From an uncultured bacterium (GTDB lineage: Bacteria; Verrucomicrobiota; Verrucomicrobiia; Limisphaerales; J093): a stretch of DNA of 64,000 bases. Positions 1-10,000 of this stretch are shown here, piece by piece. The position numbers were made by a program, and so were the translations under genes. The stretch lies in assembly GCA_963735925.1 (NCBI GenBank), contig CAVTMT010000009.1:100696-164695 (forward strand), in the 5' to 3' direction. Each line of letters starts with the position of its first letter. The stretch's first letter is position 1. The notes beneath the pieces are model-generated. The model saw nothing but the letters and a program-made list of their open reading frames with translations, was not told the origin of the DNA and ran no database searches.

Positions 1-2037
1 CAGATTCAGTTCAAGACCTTCGTGTTCATGCAGGGCGCCGCGATCCACCAGAAGTACAGCAACGTGGACGACAACACCGGCGCGAATCCCGACAACCTGT
101 TCAGCGATCCCCGGTATCCAGGCGCTCCCGACCGCACCGATGTCATGGTGAGCTGGGAGTATCCGGCCGACGGCGCAGGCCGCGTGGCCGCCGACCCGGC
201 GCGAAACTACTTTGACTCGATCCAGGGCGTCTTCATCCCGCCCACGACCGGCAACTACGTGTTCTTCACTGCCGGGGCCGACCGCTGGTGGCTCTACCTG
301 AGCACGGACGAGAATCCGGCGAACAAGGTCCTGATCGCGGCGGAGCCCGGCGGCTGGAGCGACCCGCGCGGCTGGGTGCAGGCGTATTCCGGGAGTCTGG
401 AGCGGCGCCGCTCCGACCTCTCGACTGACGCCGCCAACAACTGGCCCAACGGCAACACCATCACCCTCACCAAGGGCAACCGGTATTACATGGAATCCGT
501 CCACCACGATCCGAGTTGGTGCGGTGCGGATGACTTCGGCGTGACCTACATCATGGCCGGCGACACCGATCCGGTGAACGGCACGGCGCCAACGGTGACC
601 GGCGCGGTGATCGGCACCTACCTGGACCCGAACGGGGCGTCGATCGACATCACGCAGCAGCCGGTGGACACCACGGCGCAGGCGGGCAAAACCGCGGAGT
701 TTACCGTGACTGCAACCGGGATTTCGACTTACGGCAACACCGTGATCTACCAATGGCAGAAGGCGCCGCCGGGCAGCGGCACCTTTACCGACATTCCGGG
801 GGCCACGGCGTCCTCCTACACGACGCCGATCCTGCTGCTCGCTGATTCGGGCACGAAATACCAGGTGATCTGCAGTGTGCTCCCTATCTCCGTACCCAGC
901 GCGGCGGCGACCCTGACCGTGGTGGTGGACAACGTGCCGCCGAAGATTGCCGGGGCGTCGGCCGTCGCGAGCCAGACCGGAAACACCTTCGACGTGGGCG
1001 TGAGCTTCGACGAAGTGGTGGATGCGACCTCGGCCGGCACTCAAGCCAACTACGCCTTGTCCGCCGGCTCCATCACCGGCATCAAGTTCTACGCGGGCTC
1101 TCCCGGCGTGGTCTTGACGGCCTCGGGACTGACGGTCGGGAGCTCCTACACGGTCACCGTGACCGGGGTGAAGGACGTCTCGGGCAACGCCATGCCGGCC
1201 ACGACCAAAGACTTCAAGGTCTCCGCGATGAAGTGGGGCGTCGTGGGTGGCGACGAACTGGCCTTGGGCAACGGCGTCCTGGCGACGGCCGAAAACGGGT
1301 TCGACGTCTATAGCGACGGCATCGGGGAATGGGGCACCTACGACGAAGCGGCGTTCGTGTACGAGCAGGTCACCGGCGACTTCGACAAGGTCGTGCGCGT
1401 GGAGTATCAGGACGCCTCCAGCCAGTGGGCGCGGGCGGGCCTGATCGCTCGCGACGTGACGAACTTCGGCGTTGACCGGACCGCGCAGGACGGTGGGGCG
1501 GCCGGGCGCTATCAGAAGGTGCATGTGAATCCGGTCACCACGGTGATGGGCACGGCCGGCAACAACAGTTGGGAAGGCAACCGGCGCCTGGCGACCGGCG
1601 CCGCGACCACCACGGCCGGTGGCGGGGGCACACCGTTGTATCCCAATGCGTGGTGCCGTCTGAAACGGGCCGGTGACCTCTTCACCATCTTCCGGAGCGA
1701 CGACGGGGCGACCTGGACCCAACTGGGCACGACCACCTTTGACTCACCGATGCCGGCGACATTGTTTGTGGGGCCGGAATACTCTCCGGAGAACGGCAAT
1801 ATCACCGATGTCGGCCTGCAGGGTATGTTTGTCGCCAAGTTCCGTGACTACGGCAATTACAACCCGGTGGTGACCCCCACCATCGGCATGAGTGCGGCAG
1901 GCGTCATCACTTACTCCGGCGTGCTGCAAAGCTCGCCGACCGTCAAGGGCACGTACGCGCCGGTGGCCGGAGCCGTCAGTCCGTACACGGTTCCCAAGAC
2001 CGGTGCGGCCATGTTCTATCGCGCGGCCAGTCAGTAA
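1..2037 (+). CDS. Secreted surface protein, PA14-like plus Ig-like repeats plus jelly-roll-like C-terminal domain (5' end outside window)
   Basis: The frame is open to nt 1. It has a PA14-like segment (GVFIPPTTGNYVFFTAGADRWWLYLS) and Ig-like segments (ITQQPVDTTAQAGKTAEFTVTATG; VDNVPPKIAGASAV...TVTVTGVKDVSGN). An intrinsic terminator follows. Confidence 0.6.
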   Translation, partial: QIQFKTFVFMQGAAIHQKYSNVDDNTGANPDNLFSDPRYPGAPDRTDVMVSWEYPADGAGRVAADPARNYFDSIQGVFIPPTTGNYVFFTAGADRWWLYLSTDENPANKVLIAAEPGGWSDPRGWVQAYSGSLERRRSDLSTDAANNWPNGNTITLTKGNRYYMESVHHDPSWCGADDFGVTYIMAGDTDPVNGTAPTVTGAVIGTYLDPNGASIDITQQPVDTTAQAGKTAEFTVTATGISTYGNTVIYQWQKAPPGSGTFTDIPGATASSYTTPILLLADSGTKYQVICSVLPISVPSAAATLTVVVDNVPPKIAGASAVASQTGNTFDVGVSFDEVVDATSAGTQANYALSAGSITGIKFYAGSPGVVLTASGLTVGSSYTVTVTGVKDVSGNAMPATTKDFKVSAMKWGVVGGDELALGNGVLATAENGFDVYSDGIGEWGTYDEAAFVYEQVTGDFDKVVRVEYQDASSQWARAGLIARDVTNFGVDRTAQDGGAAGRYQKVHVNPVTTVMGTAGNNSWEGNRRLATGAATTTAGGGGTPLYPNAWCRLKRAGDLFTIFRSDDGATWTQLGTTTFDSPMPATLFVGPEYSPENGNITDVGLQGMFVAKFRDYGNYNPVVTPTIGMSAAGVITYSGVLQSSPTVKGTYAPVAGAVSPYTVPKTGAAMFYRAASQ

Positions 2038-2066
2038 GGCTTGCGTGACTTGTCTGAGAGTGTCAC

Positions 2067-2098
2067 AGAGACCGGGGTTCGCCCCGGTCTCTTTTTTT
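2067..2098 (+). terminator. Rho-independent terminator
   Basis: The sequence is agagaccgggg-ttcg-ccccggtctct followed by tttttt, 30 nt after the stop at 2037. Confidence 0.75.
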
Positions 2099-2129
2099 AC
2101 CGGCGGCCAAGCGGGCATCCAGTCACTCG

Positions 2130-4439
2130 GTGAAACGGATTCGACAGGCGGCAGTGACCCCGGTCCCCCCACCAGGGCCGGCGCAGGTTCCGCCTTCCGC
2201 CGGGCCGCCCGCGCTCCCGCCCCGTCGTCGCCGGCTGTTCCGCCTCGTGGCCACCGGGGCCGTGCCGCTGCTGCTTCTAGTTCTGCTGGAAGTCGCCTTG
2301 CGCCTCGCCGGCTCTGGGCACGCCACGTCGTTCTTTCTCCGAACGACCCGCGACGGCCAGGAGTTCCTGGTGGACAACACCTGGTTCGGGCTGCGTTTCT
2401 TTCCTCCGGCGCTCTCCCGCAGCCCGGCGCCGACCTCGCTGCGTCGGCACAAGCCGCCCGGCGTGTATCGGATCTTCCTCTTCGGGGAGTCGGCCGCCTT
2501 GGGCGATCCGCGGCCGGCCTACGGGGCCGGGCGGTACCTCGAGGTCATGTTGCGCGAACGGTTCCCCACGCGGGAGTTCGAGGTGGTTTGTGTCGCGATG
2601 ACCGCCATCAACTCCCACGCCATCCTTCCCATAGCCCGCGAGTGTGCCCGCTACGACGGCGACCTGTGGATCGTCTATGCCGGGAACAACGAAATGGCCG
2701 GTCCCTTTGGCGCGAACACCGTGTTCGGACCACAGGCCCCTCCGCTGTTCGCCGTGCGTGCCTACCTGGCCACGCAACGCCTGCGCATCGGCCAGTTCAT
2801 CGCCAACTGGCGGCACCGGCTCGTGCGGGAGAACGGTCCGCCCGCGGCGTGGGGTGGATTAAAGATGTTCCTCGATCGCCAGTTGCCGCTCGATGATCCC
2901 AACAGGGAACGGGTCTATGACCATTTCCGCCAGAATCTTGCCGACCTGCTCCAGGCGGGGCGCCGGGCGGGCGTGTCCGTTCTCCTCAGCAGCGTCGCGA
3001 GCAACCTGAAGGACTGCGCCCCGTTCGCCTCGACCCCGGCTCCGGCCGCCGGCGGGCCGGACCGGGCGGCTTGGGAAGAACGCGTCCAGAACGGCGAACG
3101 GCTGGCCGCCCAAGGGCGCTGGGCCGAGGCCGCCGCGCAATTTCAGGCGGCCCTCGAGCAAACCCCACGGTTCGCTGAACTCCATTTCCGGCGGGGCCAG
3201 TGCTTGCTGGGCCTGGCGAATGTGGACGCGGCGCGCGGGTGTTTCGAGCAGGCCCGCGACCTCGACACCCTGCCGTTTCGCGCCGACTCAACCATCAACG
3301 CCATCATCGAGGAGACGGCCCGTCGCCAGGCGGGCGAGGGCGTGCTGTACGTGGATGCGGCCGCCGCCCTGGCCCGGGAGAGCAGCGATTCGATCCCTGG
3401 TCAGGATTTGTTCTACGACCAGGTGCATCTGAATCCCGAAGGCAACTATCGCCTCGCCCGCGCTTGGGCCGAAGCGATCGCGCCCCGGTTGGCAGGTCTG
3501 GACACCAACGGGCCAGCCACTACCTGGGCGACGCCGGCGGACTGCGCCCAACGCCTCGGGTTGACCGATTGGAATCGCCAGGCGGCCCTCGAGGAAATGC
3601 TCCGTCGGTTGCTCGACGCGCCGTTCACGAGCCAGTGCAACCACACGAACCAGCTCGAACAACTCCGCGGGCAACTGGCCGATGCCCGTGACCGGCTGCG
3701 ATCCCGGTCGCCGCCAGACCTCCGCGCCGGCTACGAGACGGCGATTCGGGATCGTCCCACCGACCACTGGCTGCATCACAACTACGCCGAGTTCCTCAAG
3801 CACGTGGGGGATTTGGCGCAAGCCACGGTCGAAATGCAACGGGTGCGCGATTTGATGCCCCACCATTACGCGGCCTATCTGCATCTGGGCCAACTGCTCG
3901 CCCGCCAGAAGCGATACGCCGAAGCCCGGCAGTCGTTGACGGAAGCTTTGCGCCGGCGCCCGGACCTGTCCGATGCCTGTCTCGAACTCGGTCAGATCGC
4001 CGCCAGCGAGGGGAGGTTGGAAGCGGCCCTCGCCCAGTTCGAGGCCGCCATCGACCGCCGCCCCGAAAGTCTGGGCGTTTACCTGCGCCGGGCCGACGTC
4101 CTGATGGCGTTGAAGCGGCGCGACGCGGCGCTCGAAAGTCTGCGCGACGCCATCCGGCTCCAGCCCTCGTTTTGGGAGGCCCGTTACCTCCTGGGCATCC
4201 AACTGGCAACCGACGGGAACGTCGCCGACGCGCAGACGGAACTCGCCGAGGTCGTGCGCCTGCGACCCGAACACGTTCTGGCCCGTTTGAACCTGGGCAA
4301 CCTGCTGGCCCGACATGGGCGGTTTGACGAGGCACTGGTCCAGTTTCGCGAAGCCGTGCGCCTGGATCCGTCGAACCCGACGGCACGGGAATCCGTGGCC
4401 ACTCTCGAACAACGACCCGCGGGCGCGGCACCGCCCTGA
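2130..4439 (+). CDS. SGNH/GDSL-like hydrolase domain fused to TPR repeats, membrane-anchored
   Basis: It has a GTG start and an N-terminal TM helix (AVPLLLLVLLEVALRL). SGNH-like blocks are present (YRIFLFGESAALG; DQVHLNPEGNYRLA). The C-terminal ~350 aa are TPR-like repeats. Confidence 0.7.
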   Translation: MKRIRQAAVTPVPPPGPAQVPPSAGPPALPPRRRRLFRLVATGAVPLLLLVLLEVALRLAGSGHATSFFLRTTRDGQEFLVDNTWFGLRFFPPALSRSPAPTSLRRHKPPGVYRIFLFGESAALGDPRPAYGAGRYLEVMLRERFPTREFEVVCVAMTAINSHAILPIARECARYDGDLWIVYAGNNEMAGPFGANTVFGPQAPPLFAVRAYLATQRLRIGQFIANWRHRLVRENGPPAAWGGLKMFLDRQLPLDDPNRERVYDHFRQNLADLLQAGRRAGVSVLLSSVASNLKDCAPFASTPAPAAGGPDRAAWEERVQNGERLAAQGRWAEAAAQFQAALEQTPRFAELHFRRGQCLLGLANVDAARGCFEQARDLDTLPFRADSTINAIIEETARRQAGEGVLYVDAAAALARESSDSIPGQDLFYDQVHLNPEGNYRLARAWAEAIAPRLAGLDTNGPATTWATPADCAQRLGLTDWNRQAALEEMLRRLLDAPFTSQCNHTNQLEQLRGQLADARDRLRSRSPPDLRAGYETAIRDRPTDHWLHHNYAEFLKHVGDLAQATVEMQRVRDLMPHHYAAYLHLGQLLARQKRYAEARQSLTEALRRRPDLSDACLELGQIAASEGRLEAALAQFEAAIDRRPESLGVYLRRADVLMALKRRDAALESLRDAIRLQPSFWEARYLLGIQLATDGNVADAQTELAEVVRLRPEHVLARLNLGNLLARHGRFDEALVQFREAVRLDPSNPTARESVATLEQRPAGAAPP

Positions 4440-4456
4440 TCCTCCGGAGTGCGCCT

Positions 4457-7400
4457 ATGGTCCTGCTCTCGTACTCCCTGCGATGTGCCGTCCGTGGTCT
4501 GGCGGGATGGATGGTGTTCGCGGCCGCGGCCGCGCCGGCCCGGGACAGAGAAACCGCTGGTGACTGGCGTATCACGCCGCTCGCGGTCGCCTCGGCCGGC
4601 CGGACCGGATTCGCGCTGCTCCCTCCGTCGCGGACCGGGATTACCTTCACCAACGTGCTGCCCGAGTCGCGCTTCGTCACCAACCAGGTGTTGCCCAACG
4701 GTTCGGGCGTCGCGGCGGGCGACGTGGATGGCGACGGCCGGTGCGATCTTTTCTTCGGCGGGCTGGGCGGCGGGAGCCGGCTCTACCGGAACCTCGGCGA
4801 CTGGCGTTTCGAGGACCTCACGGCGACCGCGGGGGTGGCCTGTCCCTCGCTCGATGCCACGGGCGCGGCGTTCGCGGATTTGGATGGCGATGGCGACCTC
4901 GATCTGCTGATCAACTCGATCGGAGGCGGAACCCACCTCTTCTTCAACGACGGCCGCGGCCACTTCACGCCGGAGACGGCCGTGCTGAACCCGGGGCGCG
5001 CCGGCACTTCGCTGGCCCTGGCTGATGCCGACGGGGATGGCGACCTGGATTTGTATGTGGCCAATTACCGGACCTCGACCTTGATGGATGCGCCCGGGAC
5101 GCGCTTCACAATCAAGGTGGCCGATGGTCGCCCGTTTGTGGCGACCATCAATGGCCGGCCGCCGACGGATCCGGAGTGGACCAACCGGTTCCGGTTCCAG
5201 TTCGGGCTCGGGGCTGGCGGCCAGGGACGATTCTCCCGCGAGGAACTGGGCGAGCCGGACGTGTTCCTGCTCAACGACGGCCACGGTCAATTCACGCCGG
5301 TGCCGTGGACCGGCGGGGCGTTCCGGGATGAGGATGGTCAACCGCTGGCCCAGCCGCTTTTCGATTGGGGGCTGTCGGTGGCGTTCCGCGACTTCAACGG
5401 CGACGGCCGCCCGGATCTCTATGTCTGCAACGATTTCGCCACGCCGGACCGTTTCTGGCTCAACGAGGGGCAGGGCCGGTTCCGGCTCGCTCCCCGCCTC
5501 GCGCTTCGACAAACCAGCCTGGCGTCGATGGCGGTGGACGTGGCGGACCTGGACCGCGATGGCAACGACGATTTCCTGGTGGTGGAGATGCTGAGTCGCG
5601 ATCACCGTCACCGGTTGACCCAGCGAAACGTCGTGCAAGGCGAAACCCCCGCGGGTTCTCGGATCGAAGGGCGCCCCCAGTACCCGCGCAACACCCTGTT
5701 CTGGAACCGGGGCGACGGCACTTACGCCGAGATCGCCCAGTATGCCGGTCTCGAAGCGTCCGAGTGGTCGTGGGGGCCGGTCTTTCTGGATGTCGATCTG
5801 GACGGGTACGAGGATTTGCTGGTTCCGAACGGGTTCGAGCGCGACAACATGAACGCCGATGTCCAGGCCCACATCCGCCAAGCAACGGCAGGCCGGCGGA
5901 TGCTGACGGCGGACGAGCTCCAACTGCGCCGCATGTTTCCCCGCCTCAACACGGCGAATCTGGCCTTTCGCAACGGGGGCGCGCTGAAGTTTGCGGAGTG
6001 CAGCCGGGAATGGGGCTTCGATCAAGCCACCATTTCCCAGGGGCCGTGCCTCGCGGATCTCGACAACGACGGCGACCCGGACGTGATCGTGAACAACCTG
6101 AACAGCAGCGCCGGCATTTACCGCAACGACAGCTCCGCGCCCCGCGTGGCGGTGCGCCTGCGCGGCCAACCGCCCAACACCAGGGGCGTCGGCGCGCGGA
6201 TCACCGTGGCGGGCGGTCCGGTTTCGCAGAGCCAGCAGATCGTTTGTGGCGGGCGCTACTGCTCCAGCGACCAGGCCCAGCGCACCTTCGCTGCGGGCTC
6301 CGCCGCGTCGCTTGAAGTGCGCGTGCGTTGGCGGAGCGGACGCGAAACCGTCGTCTCGAACGCCCCGCCCGATTCCCTCGTTGAAGTGTTCGAGCCGGCC
6401 GGCCCCATCCCAGCCGCGGCGGCGAGTGATTCCAATTCGGCGGCGGTCGTGACGGCCTCCGGCCTCCGTTTCACGGACGTGAGCGAGGCCATCCGCCACG
6501 TTCATCAAGATGCGCCGTTCGACGATTTCGAGCGCCAGCCGCTGCTGTCGCGCAAGCTCAGTCAACTGGGCCCCGGCGTGGCCTGGTGGGATCTGGACGG
6601 CGACGGACGCGAAGACCTGGTGATAGGCAGCGGTCGCGGCGGGAAGCTGGCCTGGTTCCGCAACCTGGGCGCGGGACGCTTCGAGCGCGGCAACGTCCCG
6701 GCGTGGGACGCGCCGCTCGAGCGCGACGCGGCGGGTTTTGCGGGCGTGGCGCCCGGTGCCTTGCTGGTGGCGTTGGCCAACTACGAGGACGGCGCGACGA
6801 ACGGCCCCGGTGTGCTGACGTTGGGCCCGGCCGCGGCCACCCCGGCGCTGCCGCTGGCGGGACCCAGTTTCGGACCGCTCGCGGTGGCCGATTACGATGG
6901 CGACGGCAGCCTGGACTTGTTTGTGGGCGCACGCGCGGTGAGTGGGCGCTATCCGGCGGCGGGGGCGTCGCAACTTTACCGGTGGCGAAACGGCGCGCTT
7001 GTGCCCGACGCAGAGAACACCCGGGCGCTGCCCGAAGCCCTGGTCAGCAGCGCCCTTTGGACGGACCTCACCGGCGATGGCTGGCCCGAACTGGTACTCG
7101 CCTGCGACTGGGGCGGGATCATCCTGCTGCGAAACGAACACGGCCGGCTCGTGCCTTGGGAGGCACCGCTCACCTGGCCGGAAAGCGCGCCAGCCCATGA
7201 CGGCCGGGACACGATCGGCAGGTTGACGGGGTGGTGGAACGGCGTCGCGGCGGGCGATTTCGACAACGATGGCCGGCTCGATTTCGTGGCGGCGAACTGG
7301 GGCGAGAACTCGCGCTACGAGCATTCGCGGCCCGCGCCGTTGCGCCTCTATTTCGGCGATTTCAACGAGGACGGCGGGGTCGCGGTGATCGCGGCCCACC

Positions 7401-8227
7401 TGGCGCCCGAGTTGGGGCAGTACGCCCCGGACCGGATGCTCGATGCGGCCGCGCGGAGCATCCCGCGGCTGGGCGCGCGCTTCACGAGCCATGCGGCCTG
7501 GGCCAACGCCGGCATGGACGAGGTGCTCGGTGAAGCGCGGCGCACCGCTCAGTATCGCGAGGCAGCCTGGCTGGAATCGACGCTGTTTCTGAACCGCGGC
7601 GACCATTTTGAAGTCCGCGTCCTGCCGGCCGAAGCCCAGTTCGCGCCGGCGTTCGCCGTTTGCGTGGGCGACGCCGACGGCGACGGCAACGAGGACGTTT
7701 TTCTCAGTCAGAACTTCTTCGAAGTGGACTCCGACACGTCGCGCTACGATGCGGGGCGCGGACTCTGGCTGCGCGGCGATGGGCATGGCGTGCTGATGCC
7801 GGTGCGCGGGCAGGATTGCGGGGTGCGGGTCGATGGCGAACAACGCGGCGCCGCGCTGGCGGACTACGACGCCGACGGGCGCGTGGACCTGGTTGTGACG
7901 CAGAACCGTGCGGAGACAAGACTGTTCCACAACACCGGCGCGAAACCCGGTTTGCGCGTGCGGTTGGCGGGGCCGCCCGGGAATCCGGCCGGCGTGGGGG
8001 CGGTGGTGCGGCTGCGTTTCGGCGAGACGACGGGACCGGCACGAGAAGTCCCGTCCGGCAGTGGCTATTGGTCGCAAGCCAGCCCGGTGCTCGTCCTGGG
8101 GACGCCGCAGTTGCCGACGGCGATTCAGGTCCGGTGGCCGGGCGGGCGGTTGACGGAAGGCCGTGTGCCGGCGGGCGTCCGCGCAATCACGGTTCGCGAC
8201 GACGGGCGGGTCGAAGCCGGCCCGTGA
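4457..8227 (+). CDS. FG-GAP/VCBS repeat protein with ASPIC/UnbV domains (CRTAC1 family)
   Basis: It has many DxDGDGxxDL calcium-binding repeat motifs and two ASPIC/UnbV-like segments (NTRGVGARITVAGG...GGRYCSSDQ; NPAGVGAVVRLRFG...GSGYWSQAS). Confidence 0.8.
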   Translation: MVLLSYSLRCAVRGLAGWMVFAAAAAPARDRETAGDWRITPLAVASAGRTGFALLPPSRTGITFTNVLPESRFVTNQVLPNGSGVAAGDVDGDGRCDLFFGGLGGGSRLYRNLGDWRFEDLTATAGVACPSLDATGAAFADLDGDGDLDLLINSIGGGTHLFFNDGRGHFTPETAVLNPGRAGTSLALADADGDGDLDLYVANYRTSTLMDAPGTRFTIKVADGRPFVATINGRPPTDPEWTNRFRFQFGLGAGGQGRFSREELGEPDVFLLNDGHGQFTPVPWTGGAFRDEDGQPLAQPLFDWGLSVAFRDFNGDGRPDLYVCNDFATPDRFWLNEGQGRFRLAPRLALRQTSLASMAVDVADLDRDGNDDFLVVEMLSRDHRHRLTQRNVVQGETPAGSRIEGRPQYPRNTLFWNRGDGTYAEIAQYAGLEASEWSWGPVFLDVDLDGYEDLLVPNGFERDNMNADVQAHIRQATAGRRMLTADELQLRRMFPRLNTANLAFRNGGALKFAECSREWGFDQATISQGPCLADLDNDGDPDVIVNNLNSSAGIYRNDSSAPRVAVRLRGQPPNTRGVGARITVAGGPVSQSQQIVCGGRYCSSDQAQRTFAAGSAASLEVRVRWRSGRETVVSNAPPDSLVEVFEPAGPIPAAAASDSNSAAVVTASGLRFTDVSEAIRHVHQDAPFDDFERQPLLSRKLSQLGPGVAWWDLDGDGREDLVIGSGRGGKLAWFRNLGAGRFERGNVPAWDAPLERDAAGFAGVAPGALLVALANYEDGATNGPGVLTLGPAAATPALPLAGPSFGPLAVADYDGDGSLDLFVGARAVSGRYPAAGASQLYRWRNGALVPDAENTRALPEALVSSALWTDLTGDGWPELVLACDWGGIILLRNEHGRLVPWEAPLTWPESAPAHDGRDTIGRLTGWWNGVAAGDFDNDGRLDFVAANWGENSRYEHSRPAPLRLYFGDFNEDGGVAVIAAHLAPELGQYAPDRMLDAAARSIPRLGARFTSHAAWANAGMDEVLGEARRTAQYREAAWLESTLFLNRGDHFEVRVLPAEAQFAPAFAVCVGDADGDGNEDVFLSQNFFEVDSDTSRYDAGRGLWLRGDGHGVLMPVRGQDCGVRVDGEQRGAALADYDADGRVDLVVTQNRAETRLFHNTGAKPGLRVRLAGPPGNPAGVGAVVRLRFGETTGPAREVPSGSGYWSQASPVLVLGTPQLPTAIQVRWPGGRLTEGRVPAGVRAITVRDDGRVEAGP

Positions 8228-8306
8228 GGCGACTTCCGGGCAGCTTCCGGGCCGGGCTTGACTCTCCCCCCCGCGCAGACAAGGATTCGCGCCCGGTTCG
8301 AACTTT

Positions 8307-9896
8307 ATGATGACTTCTGCCATCGACAGCCGATCGCAGCTTCACGCCCTGCTCTGGTATGGCGTGGTGGCGCTCGCGCTGCTGATCAGCACCATGCTGC
8401 TGGCCACGAACTGGTTTCTGGCCGGCATTTTGGTAGCGGGCATTTGCTGGCTCGTGACGCTGCCGTACCACACGCAGCTCACGTTCATGATCGCCACGGT
8501 GACGTTCAGTTCCGCCTTGATCGTGCCGTTCGCCCCCGGCCGTCCGTTCGTGTGGGAGGCGGCGGCCTTTCTGGGCTGGAGCGGGGTGTTGATCAGCGTG
8601 CTGTTGCGACGGTTTCCGCCGGATTTCAAGTCCACGATCCGGCGCAACCGCTGGGTGTTCTTCGGGGCCGCGCTGTTCAGCCTGGTGCTCGTGTTCAGCA
8701 TGCGCTATTACGGCGTGGGGTTGAACGTGCTCGGTTCGGACAAGACGGGGGGCCGCTACTACGTGCAGCAGATCGCCTCCGCCGTGTTCCCGTTGATCTT
8801 CGCCCTCCAGCCGCTCAATGGCTTCAGCGACGAACGCTGGCTGCCCCGGCTCATCCTGCTGCAATGGCTGCTGAGCGGGACTTTCATCATCTCCGACCTG
8901 GCCTATGCCTTCGGCAGCGGCGGTCTGCAGAACCTGCTTTACTTCTTCGAGGTCCCCTACGACGCGGGCAATTTCGAAAACGCCAGCGAACGCTTCGGGA
9001 TCCGGCGCTTCCAGTCCTTCGCGCTGGCCGGCGTCCCGTGGCTGCTGATTCTCCTGGCGAAGAACGATCTGAAGGACTTCGCCAGCCGGCGGACCATCTG
9101 GTTGACGCCGCTGTTTCTGGCGGTCCTGATCTTCGGCATGCTGAGCGGACACCGCACGGTCATCTTCGAGGTCGTCGGCACCCTCGTGGTTCTGGCCTAT
9201 GCCCAGCGCACATTCACCGCCCGCGTGGTCATCCTGGGACCGCTGATTCTCCTGTTCGGCCTGATCCTCACCTACGGAATGGCCGAGCGGCTGCCCTTGG
9301 CGGCGCAACGGGCGATCTCGTTCCTGCCGGGCATTCAGGTGGAGAGCCAGGTCAAGGTGGACGCCAACAACACCCTGGTCACGCGCAGTCTGCTGCGCGA
9401 GGCCGGCCTGCGGATGATCCCGGATTACCTGCTGATCGGGCGCGGCTTTCGCCGGTTCGACGACCAGATCATCCCCGCTTTCGATCCGACCGGCGTGGCG
9501 ATGTTTGTCGAGCAGGGCCAGTTCTACAACGCGCCCATCGGATTGATGGTGAACTCGGGCGTGTTCGGAACCTTGGGGGCGTTGGCGTTCCTGCTGGGCG
9601 GAACCTTCTGTGCCGGGCGGATCATCCGGTACACGCGAAGATACGGGGCCACGGACACGCTGGAGCGGGTCAGCACTGTGTCGGCCGCCTACTGGTGCGT
9701 GTTCGTGGTGTTCTTCGTCTTCATCCACGGGGACAGCGACATGATCATGCGCTCCTTCTCGGTCCACTGCGGCGTGCTCATCGCCTGCGAGAGACTGCTC
9801 AACAAGCGCGTGGTCGAACGGGAGGAGGCCGTGCAGGAAGCGGCCGCGGAATCCAAGGCGGAGCTGGCGCTCGAGCCGGTTGCGTTGCCCACCTGA
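8307..9896 (+). CDS. Polytopic membrane protein, O-antigen polymerase/ligase (Wzy)-like
   Basis: A 529-aa ORF with about 10 or more hydrophobic helices that heads a glycosyltransferase cluster. The family call rests on architecture and context only. Confidence 0.5.
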   Translation: MMTSAIDSRSQLHALLWYGVVALALLISTMLLATNWFLAGILVAGICWLVTLPYHTQLTFMIATVTFSSALIVPFAPGRPFVWEAAAFLGWSGVLISVLLRRFPPDFKSTIRRNRWVFFGAALFSLVLVFSMRYYGVGLNVLGSDKTGGRYYVQQIASAVFPLIFALQPLNGFSDERWLPRLILLQWLLSGTFIISDLAYAFGSGGLQNLLYFFEVPYDAGNFENASERFGIRRFQSFALAGVPWLLILLAKNDLKDFASRRTIWLTPLFLAVLIFGMLSGHRTVIFEVVGTLVVLAYAQRTFTARVVILGPLILLFGLILTYGMAERLPLAAQRAISFLPGIQVESQVKVDANNTLVTRSLLREAGLRMIPDYLLIGRGFRRFDDQIIPAFDPTGVAMFVEQGQFYNAPIGLMVNSGVFGTLGALAFLLGGTFCAGRIIRYTRRYGATDTLERVSTVSAAYWCVFVVFFVFIHGDSDMIMRSFSVHCGVLIACERLLNKRVVEREEAVQEAAAESKAELALEPVALPT

Positions 9897-10000
9897 ACTC
9901 CGCGCCGGGCGGCAACCGCAAACGCAGGCCGTGACCCGCCATTGCGTTGCCGCTCCGAAACGCCGTCCCAACGCCCAATCCCAAGCCCTCGAGGGCACCG

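Noticed and set aside
4184-8323. 1379-aa ORF on the minus strand, the longest ORF in the track
   Set aside because: It lies entirely antisense to the well-supported FG-GAP/ASPIC gene. Its translation is Arg/Ala/Pro/Gly-rich low complexity with no motifs. This is a typical stop-codon-poor antisense frame in high-GC DNA.
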